A stretch of 64,000 nt of DNA from Cirrosporium novae-zelandiae (lineage: Eukaryota). How positions within the stretch are numbered: the first letter of the stretch is position 1; the number at the start of each line of letters is the position of its first letter. The notes beneath the pieces are model-generated. The model worked only from the letters and a program-made list of their open reading frames with translations, made no database searches and was not told the origin of the DNA. This document shows, one piece after another, positions 14,171-24,591 of this stretch. The translations under genes were made by a program, and so were the position numbers. The DNA lies in the NCBI GenBank assembly GCA_026023565.1, contig JAPETS010000021.1, positions 1 to 64,000 on the forward strand, given 5' to 3'.

Positions 14171-14311
14171 AATGTATATAGTTTTCCTCAATAGCCGCAA
14201 AATGCAATTTAGTAATCCTCATATGAGGCTTGATGGTTGGTGGACAAACAAAAGGATGAAAGGAAGTTAGTTAAAGATACCTAGATACCCAACAAAGTAA
14301 ATCCTCGGTAA

Positions 14312-14317
14312 ACGCGT
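14312..14317. promoter_or_regulatory. MCB-like element (ACGCGT) upstream of PNKP
   Basis: Exact ACGCGT about 140 bp upstream of the PNKP ATG, with a second ACGCG core about 14 bp away. MBF/MCB control of DNA-metabolism genes is established in fungi. Confidence 0.55.
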
Positions 14318-14645
14318 AAAGTCGGGACGCGATATCACATGATTTTCATTACATGCATGATCTTATGCAAATACGGTCCCTTGAATAATGATGCAATTTT
14401 CTTCATTATTAGTTTACAACACGTTTTTTAAAAATCTAATAGCAAAGGGGCCACATAGAATGCTACCTGAGTTGATTAGTCCAGGTACCTCAGCAACCGT
14501 ATCCTGCCTTCATTACAATACTAGGCTACGTTAAGGTGCCTAAGAGACATGTTTCCCGTAATGATTGCTTTCGTTCGGCTCCGGAGAATATCTATAGCTT
14601 AAGGTTATGGGTGACATGTGCTGGTCGAGCCCAATAGAAATCACG

Positions 14646-15471
14646 TCATCGGCTTCTAGCATCGAGTGATAATCTATCTCCAACTTCGAGCTCTACAACG
14701 CCTCTCATTAGATCTTTGAAATTGCGCAATTCGTTTACCCCAAGCGTCATCCCCTCGGGCTTACTTCCGTCCTGAACACGGACTGAGGCTTGCAGGATAT
14801 AGCCACCACTAGGATCAAATAGAGATAAACTATCCCATGGAGGAAGCTGTGTTCGTGGCGCCTGTGGTTGCTGTTCTTCCCTGGGAAGCCGTCGTAGACG
14901 ATATAGCAGGAGGATTAGATTCTTGTAGATAAATTGAGAGCCTTCAAGTAGATATTCCGAGACATAGCTTTCAATGTCAGTGCGTAGATTTACCCCGAGG
15001 AGAAGCGCCTTACCTGTAACCCATGGCATCAATCAACTCTGGCGGGTTTCCAGCAGTGAATGGAACTTCTGCCATCATTCGTGAGGTGGCCGGTCTTCGA
15101 CCTGCAACTTCAGGTAGATCCCTAAATTGCCATTTCCATGCATGCGAAGCAGCGTCGAAACATGAAGAAGCTGATGCAGGTTCTTCGGTGATGGACTTGG
15201 TGGCAAAATCCGTTTCTTTCACGTCGCTCACAAGTTGCATGTAGAAAAGCTCACCATTTAGCTGGGAAAGAAGAGCTTGGGACTGTTGGCTCTGAACACC
15301 CTGAGTCCCACCAACAGGAGTAGGTCGCTGTCCCGGCTTTCTTCGGGGTTTGTATATTAGGTGTCTCTCGAGGACACTCTGAGGCTGGATCTCAGAAATA
15401 CCAGCCAATACCTTGGTGACTTGTGATGTTTGTGCCTCCAGTACATGGCCAAATAACAGTAGCTCGTGCAT
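14646..15471 (-). CDS. MED18: Mediator subunit Med18/Srb5
   Basis: MHELLLFGHV...VLAGI...ERHLIYKP, W.WQF.D.PE, then after one intron DPSGGYILQASVRVQDG...GVVELEVGDRLSLDAR. Confidence 0.9.
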
Positions 15472-16247
15472 TTCATTCCAACTTGCAAAAAATATAATGA
15501 CCAATAATGACTGGGCAAGGGGTCTTGAATGATATTGCTAACCAACAGTTGTCTCACTCTTTTTTTAAGTGTAATTGATGAAGTCTAACGATGATGATGT
15601 TGGTTGTATAGAGTTCTACTCGAGTATGAAGATGCCAAGAGTCCAAAAAACCCTTTCCTTTTAGCCGTTACACGAAATTCGACCTGGGGAAATGGTCTGT
15701 GCAGAACCACATGCATTAGAGACCTGAGTGTCTAGGGACCCAGGGACCTAGGTTGGTATGATAATCCATAGTTCCCGCCCATTCTCCGGGGTACCTAGGT
15801 ATCTACTAAAAAGCACAGAACATCCAAAAAAACAACAAAATATTTCTTTCCTTTGGTGGTGGGGAACGTGAATAGAGATTATCAGAAAATTTATCAAAAA
15901 ATCATCTATTCATATTGGTTCCTTTTCTCTTATCAGATCCAGTCATCCAGTCATCCAACACGGACAAGTGGAGAATCCTTGGTTTTAGGTGAGGTTCGGG
16001 CGAATCCGTGCGCCTGCAAACTCCGAAAGGCGCGAACTATGAGTACCCACCAGTCAGTCAATACTTATCGCAGCTGCGTACTTCGGCGACTCCATAAGTA
16101 TTCCTTTCCTACCTCATTCATTCACTCTGACATCGCCGTGTGAAAGTCATTTCCCATCTGTTCTGCATACTAGTCCTTTTCTTTCTCCCACTTATAATAT
16201 AACCACTCAACTCTTGTCCACTTCGTACTATCCCGCATTTGTCCGAA

Positions 16248-16688
16248 ATGAATGCTACTAGAGCTCTTAGGCAAGCCGCCCAAGCTGCCCATCACAGAAC
16301 ACCATTAATTAAATTCTTGGGCAAGAGAACACCGCCTGGTATGATTCTTGGTTTTGTATGCTGCTTCAAATATAAGCTAATATGTAAACTAGCGTCCATT
16401 GACCACGCTCCCCACGCCCATCCAGCATCTCCTTCGGGCAGTCTTCCCGGTTCTTTCGCTGCCTACAGAGACAGAGCTCAACAACATGGTCCGTTGAATC
16501 ATTCCGTCAACTCCTCCCCCTCTTACGGAGCCATTGGAGGCCAGCCAGGTGGTTCGTTGGGACCCGTCGAAGCACCCAAGGGTCTTTACTTTGACAGAAA
16601 TGAACTCCCAGCTAGGTTCAGACGAATGCCGTGGACGGATGCTGAAATCGAAGCAGTCGAGAGCGGGGGGGCAAGCTTGTTCTCATAA
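16248..16688 (+). CDS. KGD4: Mitochondrial alpha-ketoglutarate dehydrogenase adaptor subunit Kgd4/Ymr31 (MRPS36 family)
   Basis: N-terminal RTPLIKFLGKR, HPHP-type HAHPASP, and C-terminal ELPARFRRMPWTDAEIEAVESGGA. One intron at about 16339-16392. Confidence 0.85.
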   Translation: MNATRALRQAAQAAHHRTPLIKFLGKRTPPGMILGFVCCFKYKLICKLASIDHAPHAHPASPSGSLPGSFAAYRDRAQQHGPLNHSVNSSPSYGAIGGQPGGSLGPVEAPKGLYFDRNELPARFRRMPWTDAEIEAVESGGASLFS

Positions 16689-17146
16689 GGAAAGGTGTTG
16701 TGGTTCCTATCTCTGGACTGCCTGCTTGAACGTGGATAATACCCATGGGCGAACGGAAATAAACAGGGGATAGACGACTAGAGTGCAATCGCCTTCAATT
16801 ACTAGGCGGCCCTATTGTTTCCTTAAAGGGTGCAGTATGATGATATAAAAATCCAGGATTAGCATGACGGCGTTTCGGGGTTGATTTGATGGGAACATGA
16901 CCAGTATTAGTCTCCATGGGCATTACCTAGAAGCCCATTGGATTAAAGATATATAAAATAACAGAAGTGATTTTAGAATGAAATTTGTACAAGATATTCA
17001 AGCTTCGATTTTGCAGTTAATTCGCTGATATTTGGTGATTCGGGCCTCGGTTCCAAATCTTCTGAGGAACCATCGTCTGTCGGAATAGCTGTTCTTACCA
17101 CATTTCAACATCCATGACCATTGATTGCAACCACAGTTATATCACA

Positions 17147-19310
17147 ATGACAGGCAAAACTCTTGAAATCGAAGAAACTGACGAAGCAGGAAACGTCATT
17201 GCGACGTACTTTGAATCTCATCCTACGAATTCATCTGCAAGCAGAATAGATGTCGCTGTATGTTTTTCATATTGGTAGTGAGTTTTCCATTACTAAAATT
17301 AATCCATATCAGTATCCACCACATCAAAATAATATCCCACAAAAGGTTTTAAGTGTCTTTTTGCCGGCAGGATATCCGAATTCAGTTACTCATGACTACC
17401 TCGAGTGAGTGGGATGCGTCTCTCATTTCCCAAATGGGGTTTCACTTCTATCCACGTCTTCATCCAAGACCAAATCATTATCCAAACTCAGAATAATGGG
17501 GCATTGAAAGAGATTTTTTTTAAAGCCTTCTGCTTCTGGCTGCTACCCTGAATCCTATTCATGCTGTTAATCTTCGATCCCATGCCTGGAAGTAGCAATT
17601 TTATGAGCCCCCGTGGGGAAGTAGAACTCAATTCCAAGCGGGATTATCATTATACCCACCAATGTCTTGCTGTTACTCTAACCATTCAAGCTCAGAATTT
17701 GCCCCTGGATACTGACAAATACTCTTGACTTGGTAATATAGGTATCAAATATATGTTGGTGGCAATGCTCGTGCATGGTTATTTCATTTTGCTGATCAGA
17801 GACAGGATTCTTTACAAGCCTTTTCAAGTTCCATCGCCGGTCTTCTCTCCAACCGTGCGGTGCTCCAAGGTAAGAATTAATCATTTCTCATCATCTCCAC
17901 AGCTATACCTAAACTCAAAATCTATAGGTGTGGGGGTTGGCGATGCGGATGCATCCCCGACTGCAGCCTTGTTACTTACAGTTCTCCAAGAAAGCATGGG
18001 CCGACTAGCAACAATTTGGTTCGCACACAGCTTAGGGACATCGCTGGAGCCCGAGTGCAAGATGTACAGACTGGCAGCTGATGTATTCAACGATGGTGCT
18101 ATGATCCTGGATTGTCTTTCCCCGGCCTTGCCAAAAGCACCAAGAGTTGTCCTGCTTAGCTGCTCAAGTATTTTGCGTGCATTGTGCGGTGTTGCTGCTG
18201 GCAGTGCTAAGGCTAGTCTCAGCGCTCACTTTGCGAAATGGGGGAATCTGGGAGAACTCAATGCTGTAAGTCATTTCATTTATCTTATAGTTTCCATACT
18301 TCATGAGGATTACCCTGGACCCCCAAGGGCGGAACCAAGAATTCGTGTTGCATTGGTACATCCGGTTGAAGCAACTAATCAACCAAATCTATGTACCAGT
18401 GTAGTGTAAGTTGTTGGTACCACCCTTGGCCACCGGGGAAAATAGATAACGTGTAAAGTCAAACACCATGCCTTATACCGATATTGAAGCTAACTTGAAA
18501 CAGAAGGATTCTAGTCAAGAAACAATCATCTCTTTAATGGGGATGTTGGTGCGTATCTGAGTTCGTGGCTTTTGAACTCCTCATAGGACTAACATCGGTC
18601 AGGCGGGAAGTTTAGTTGTCTCTCAGGTATCGTCAACTTGGGCAACCTGGTTTTGGCTCATCAGTCTGCTTTCTATTCATCTTGCGATGAATTATGCTGC
18701 TGTACGTGCTGTTAGTATGCACACCTTGAATCGACAACGGGCCAACATCGTCTTCTCATCATTAATCGAAGATGACAAAGTATTGGCTCCGGGAGATACG
18801 TCCATCAAGGAGAAGATATTCGAAAAAGATGGTGTTCTGCGATGGAAAGGCTCTACAGTATTGAGATATTGCCAAATAGGAGTACCACTAGGTTCATTGC
18901 TCTCATCCCTCGGACAGGTTCAACATGGAACCCGATCTATCCGGGAAATGAACATTGACCTTTCAGTCTTGAGAAGCATTTACCATTCAGAGCAATATCT
19001 CCTTTGGTACAATGCTCGTCAAGAACATGCATACATTGTGCTTAAGCAAGGTGTGACGGCAAATTCGCAGCTAAAAGGGTGGGTAAACGCCCTGATGGTT
19101 GCGCGTCGGATCTCTCGTCAGCGGCATCAGCACGGAGCCGAACCTCACAAGACCGACAACCAGGAAATGCTGCAAATCCTTAAAGAGGAACTTAGTTTTC
19201 TCTCGGAAGATTTTGATGGATGGATTAAGAGGCTGCATGCTGTTGGATGGGATACAGATATTGCAGCTCTTGAAACACTCCACGGAAGCCGCATCTTGGA
19301 GAAGGATTGA
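17147..19310 (+). CDS. DUF647 / RUS1 (root UVB sensitive)-family protein
   Basis: Spliced product contains VFLPAGYPNSVTHDYLEYQIYDSLQAFSSSIAGLL, GVGVGDA, EPECKMYRLAADVFND, NLGELNAKDSSQET and NYAAVRAVSMHTLNRQRA. It includes a 13-nt microexon at 17742-17754. Confidence 0.9.
18313..18449 (+). ncRNA. About 125-nt intronic stem-loop in the DUF647 gene (intron 18266-18503)
   Basis: Nested pairings CCCTGG/CCGGGG, CCAAGGG/CCCTTGG, GGAACCA/TGGTACC, TGCATTGGTACAT/ATGTACCAGTGTA and GGTTGA/TCAACC, followed by AGATAA (H-box-like). Confidence 0.5.
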
Positions 19311-21510
19311 GGCATGATCACTTCAGGTCAGCTTAACCTAGTTTCATGATATGGACTTTTTGGGGGCAACAATCTTCGCAGATAGTGATTATCAGAATTA
19401 GAAGTTTCATCGACCGCTTTTCCGTTGAAAGTTATTTTAGACAACTTTTCGGAGGTTAAGGGCGCTTTCGAAATAGTATGGCTCATCAAACGAAGATCCT
19501 TTGATACTGATAAGAGACGACTCTTGACAGGATGATGGCATCACAGTCATCTGCTACAGGAAAAGGAGAGAGCAAGTACAGCGAACAGATAAGGCAAACA
19601 ACAAATTAAGGCAAGTTCTATACCGGTAAAACAGTGAGATATATCAGCCATTGGATGAGATAATTCCACGGCAGTGTCCCAACGAATATTCTTAATCTGA
19701 TGTTATTTCAGCTCAAAGTATAATAGTTGCGCCATGTTAAGGATAATCAGCTAGTGTCAGAGTCGGATTAAAACAGTTACGGTTTAGGTAGGGAACACGA
19801 GAGATGATCTTATTTCATCATGTGAAACCAGTACAATATTTGGAGATGACGAGTTTTTGCCCAAATGCTCCTTTTTTTGATGATTGGATTAGTTGGACTA
19901 ACTACGAAGGGAAAGGTTCTGGAAAAAATTAGAAAAATTCTCGAAGGCTTCTGGAAGGATTCTGGAGTCTAATGAGATAGGCGAAGGCGGACTAGCAACA
20001 AATGGTGGAAAGTTTGGCAAAAGTTTAGTGGAGGCAAATTAGACAATTAATTGTCGCAGATGAGCAAATGAACACCTTTGAGTAGGTTTTCTCGGGTGAT
20101 TCAAAAGTCCGACAGTTTCACTCTACTTGTCTACAAAAGTAGACAAACACACGGCATCTGCCGTTTTTACGTGGACTCAAACAAACGGGTTACCGACTAT
20201 ACGGCTCGGTGGCGTGGAATTCTTTGTTGAGAATTGTCACGGATAAAGCAGGCATTTACCTTCTGCAGTTGAAATAGGTGCACGTGTTTACAGCAATCGT
20301 CGATGAAGATGTGCACGGCACTTCAACGGCTCCGTCCGAGAAAGACTCCAGGGGCAAGGAGGTGAGATGGGCTGGCAAGCTGGCAACATGGCAACAACAT
20401 GTTCAAGCAGATGCCGGCATGAGGAAAAGGTAGGAAGAGAAATGTGAAGAAAAGAGGAGATTGGTGGCAAACTACAAAGAGGAGAACAGAGCCCACCATC
20501 CACGGTCAATTATCTTGCAGCTGGATTTTGGAGAAACCTGAATCTCATCACCGTGCACGTGCAGTGGCAGCTTACGGTAACAAAAATTGTACCAACTCAT
20601 ACGATATTTTTGGCCCCAAGACCTAGATTAGAGACCTAGATTAGAGTCAAACCCCGTCCACTTTTTTTTCCCAAGCTTCTTGGGTGTTCTTGGGCCCTTG
20701 AGACCCAAAACCGGCCGTGAATGCGTCCAATTGATGATATTAAAGTAGAATAAGCAAATACAGGCAGGATAGGCACTTTATGCAGCGTTATGGAGACATT
20801 GGCAGCTTTCTGCTCTCCCCGCATATGTCGTGCTGGAATATTCGATGATAATATCAAAAGGTAGTATAATGTATTACAGGTATTTGTTGCTGGGAAAGCA
20901 GCATCCATCAAAGCCAGCATGGGGGGGGGAACAAAGGGCTGGGTCCTTTTTTTTTTGAGGGGTTTTGCTATTGACCCAAATTGTGGGGTTTTGGACATGT
21001 GGATATTTAGGGAAAGCAATATGAATCAATGATGTTATTTTCTTTTCATTGGACCCAGTTGTCTGAGGTCATAAGTTTCTTTTCGGTGCTATCAGTCTGT
21101 CACTCGGGGCGTTGGTTTAAGTCGGTGGTTTGTTTTGGAAATAGGACGACTCAAAAATGAAGTCAAAGTTTTTTGGAATACAGATGGATAGTGGGTGGAT
21201 AATGGGATTAATTCGGGGGATGGGGATGGGGGGGGGGGGTGGATAGAGAGAATGAGTAGTTTTTTTGGATAGTAGAGTGGATTTGGAGTGGATGGATGGG
21301 GATTAGTTACCTAGGTACTGAGGTACTTAGGTACTTAGGTACCTCTAGGTTAGTTAGTATTGTTTAGGCTGGTTACATATTGCTACAGTACAGGGCACAT
21401 GAGTAAGTGCAGTAAGTCAAGGCGAAAGGACTCCCCGCTCTTGGGGCGATCGATGACCGGAGTAGGCATAGGTATTGCCGTTAGCGGGGGGTGCTAACAG
21501 GGGATTTAGC

Positions 21511-21567
21511 AAGGGATTAGCAGGGATTAGCAGGGATTAGCAGGGATTAGCAAGAATTAGCAAGGAT
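21511..21567. repeat. 10-bp minisatellite (CAGGGATTAG)n, about 5-6 copies
   Basis: Three perfect tandem copies flanked by degenerate copies. Confidence 0.85.
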
Positions 21568-22498
21568 GGGACGAGTTCTTTTGCCATGACCGAAAAGTTG
21601 AAAGGAAGTTGAAAGAAGACTCCACTTTAATGGCCAACCAAATAAAATGATTGGATAACTGAAGAAAAGGCCAAGACATGCCAAGGAACCAGGGAGCTTC
21701 CTTTGGGTTCTGGAAAATCTGGAAGGCGTCAGACATCTACTGACTAAGAATGAAAGAGGTAAGACCTGGGAAAAGTAATTTAGTACCACATCAAAAGACA
21801 GAGAAAGGCACCTAGAGGCATCTAGAGGCACCTGCAGGCACCTGAATCATGAGAATCATGAGCATCGTTCAATATAACCCATCACGCTAAGTGTCCACTA
21901 GACCCAGATGGGCATTGTTTGAATCCACTAAAGAGAAACCGTCCACTTAGCAGTTGAATCCACCCATCCGTCCCCCGATAGCGTTCAAGGCGAAACCAAC
22001 AGGAAACCGCAGCAAGGAAACGACGGAAACCTCACAAGGTCAGAAAGAAAGAAGAAGCAGCGGAAGAAGAGAGAAAGAAGCCCCAAGAAGAAAAGCCGAC
22101 CCCCCCCAAAAAAAATGTGACCCAAACAGACCTACGAACCGTGATCCATCAAAAAAAAAGAGGTCCCTCTAGCTAAAGATCCCTATGAATCCCCATCGAA
22201 TCGCCATTCTTTACCTTCCTCAGTACCTCCCAATTACTTTCTTTCATTACACTACCCGGTACTTTCGCTCATCCAAATCCTCGCAAATCCTCTCTATCGT
22301 CAATCATATCAACAACCTTCAACCCTACACGCAAACCCCCATTCCCTGAAACCTTTCAAAACAATAACTCTCAACCACCGAAACCCTCCCACGCGAGAGA
22401 TTGATAAAAAAAAGTACGGCATATAGTAAAAGAGGAGTACGAGTAAATACATTTGGACAAAACCCACCCTTGGCATCCACACACACCACACCTATACG

Positions 22499-22578
<80 letters not shown>
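22499..22578. repeat. 80-nt poly(C)/poly(G) tract with a single A interruption
   Basis: Directly visible. The exact length may be affected by sequencing or assembly. Confidence 0.9.
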
Positions 22579-22580
<2 letters not shown>

Positions 22581-23376
22581 AACGCCTCCGAACCCGAATC
22601 TACGAACCTGCGAACCTCGAAGGCTGAGCCCTGAACCAACAACGGCTGAAGAAATCCGAGCTCCACTGAGGTCCGAACAGCCTTGTCGCCCTGTCCTGGT
22701 CGCAAACAACCTGATCTGCCAACAACCGTCTTGAATCATCGCTCTTATTCTTTCATCCTTCCAAACAGCTTCAAGACACTTACACAAGTGAAAAAGCAGT
22801 CATCAAAGCTCTTCCTAGAGTCTCCAACAACCTAAGATAACTCTCCATTATCTATACTACTCCAATTATCTTACCGTGTTGCCCCCTTGCTTTGCAGACC
22901 CCGAACTATTCTTGAAGTTTGTAACCTGCCACGCTTCTGTCTCGGTAACCGCTCCATCCAATTCTTCCCTGCCCTCTATCTGCAGAATTGAAACTTGTTG
23001 GGATACCTGAGACTTTCGCTCGTTATTGCTAGACCTGCATCTTTCTGTGTTTTGTGTCCATAGTCCCACTGGACCGCATTCCATTCAACGGTATTGTCAA
23101 CCACCGGGCCCTGTTGCAAAATTCTAGGCGGCGGTTGTCCACACTATTATCGGACCGCTGCATATTTTGGAATTTTACCACCATTGAGCTTGGCCTCGCT
23201 GTGTGACACGACCTTCGATAGCTCTTGAAATTCGCCTGCATCTCTCAGGAGAGGAAGTGTCACTACATACATTTATCCTATAACAAGCACAAGCAACACT
23301 CGGTTATCCGACAATGCCAGAATCTCTTCAGCGTAGCGCTTCATAGTTTTTCAGTTACACCTTTTTCCTTTCCCGA

Positions 23377-24591
23377 ATGACTTGGGCAGACCGGTCACTC
23401 TTCACATCACATTTACTACACCCGCGATTCTCCATCAGGAGAAAACAAAAAAGAGCACGAGGAGATCGTGCATATCTTTGCTGGAATAACGCCATGAAAA
23501 AGAGAAGGACAATCAACACCAAGGCCTTGCAACTAGCCACTCCACCCCCAGATTCACCACCCCGTTTGTCTTTTGGCGAGTCGGATGATAACACTGACGG
23601 AGACGAAGTCATGTCTGGCGACCAAATACATCCGTCGAGGCCGTTGAGTGTTACGATACCCCATCCGTCATGTCAAGGCCTTAGCATCCCCGATCGCCCA
23701 TCTCTCCAGGACGTGCTTGCAGATAGATCCCATCCACCCTATACCCTGAGTGCCTTTACTGCCTACCTCTCCCAGAATCATTGCCTCGAGACGCTGGAAT
23801 TTTTGATGGACGCGGATCGATACCGGAAAAATTATCACGATTTGTCTACTGAGTTGGCGGGAATGGGCATGGCTGCCAAAACAGAGGAATGGTATCAAGC
23901 TCGGCGACAATGGTGGCGGTTGTTAAATGCTTACATTGTTCCTGGGTCCCCTCGAGAAGTTAATTTGACAGCCGATGTGCGAGATGCCCTCTTAGCATTG
24001 CCGTACGATGTTATGCCTCCTCCCCCGGAAGCATTAGATGGCGCTCGCAAACTGGCACAAGAACTGATGGACGAATCAATCTTTGTTCCGTTCCTGAATA
24101 GTCGTACTAGTTTTTCAGCACCCCAGTCCTATACTTCCCCCTATGTCACTGGTCCAGATTCAGTTCCTGTTTCGTCAAGTTATCCTCCTCGGAAATCAAG
24201 GCGGGCGCGCTCAAAGCACCGTACCTCATCACCTACACCTACTAGCGACTTAATGTTCAAGTCACCCATTACTTCAGTATCACAGAAATCAAACTCTTCC
24301 AGCCTTAGCAGCAGCCTAGGCCGAATGACTCGATCCTCTGTTCATTCCAATGCCAGTCCCGGTGGGAGCGTAGATTTAGGTTTAACTTCCGACTCGGGCA
24401 GTTCATCCAGCCCCCAAGACATCCTGATGACACCACCCACAACCCCGCCTGGATCAGAATTAGGAGGTAGTCCCAAATCGAGGACCGAAAACACCTGGAA
24501 GCGGATGACCCGAAATCTGGGGTGGAAGAAAAAGTCTATCGGAGGATTCCGAGACTCGCGGATAGCTCCGTCTGGGGTTGACGAACAATGA
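23377..24591 (+). CDS. rgsA: RGS-domain regulator of G-protein signalling (RgsA/Rgs2-like)
   Basis: RGS domain RPSLQDVL...PPYTLSAFTAYLSQNHCLETLEFLMDADRY...YIVPGSPREVNL...LMDESIFVPFLN, followed by a Ser-rich tail with MTPPTTPP. Intronless ORF. An alternative start at 23494 is possible. Confidence 0.88.
   Translation: MTWADRSLFTSHLLHPRFSIRRKQKRARGDRAYLCWNNAMKKRRTINTKALQLATPPPDSPPRLSFGESDDNTDGDEVMSGDQIHPSRPLSVTIPHPSCQGLSIPDRPSLQDVLADRSHPPYTLSAFTAYLSQNHCLETLEFLMDADRYRKNYHDLSTELAGMGMAAKTEEWYQARRQWWRLLNAYIVPGSPREVNLTADVRDALLALPYDVMPPPPEALDGARKLAQELMDESIFVPFLNSRTSFSAPQSYTSPYVTGPDSVPVSSSYPPRKSRRARSKHRTSSPTPTSDLMFKSPITSVSQKSNSSSLSSSLGRMTRSSVHSNASPGGSVDLGLTSDSGSSSSPQDILMTPPTTPPGSELGGSPKSRTENTWKRMTRNLGWKKKSIGGFRDSRIAPSGVDEQ

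Noticed and set aside
21511..21567. Tandem repeat considered as a CRISPR-like or telomeric array
   Set aside because: There are no spacers, the context is eukaryotic, and the unit is not TTAGGG. It is an ordinary minisatellite.
22325..22787. Poly-Gly and poly-Pro ORFs on both strands
   Set aside because: They are artefacts of the poly(C) tract, with no coding character outside it.
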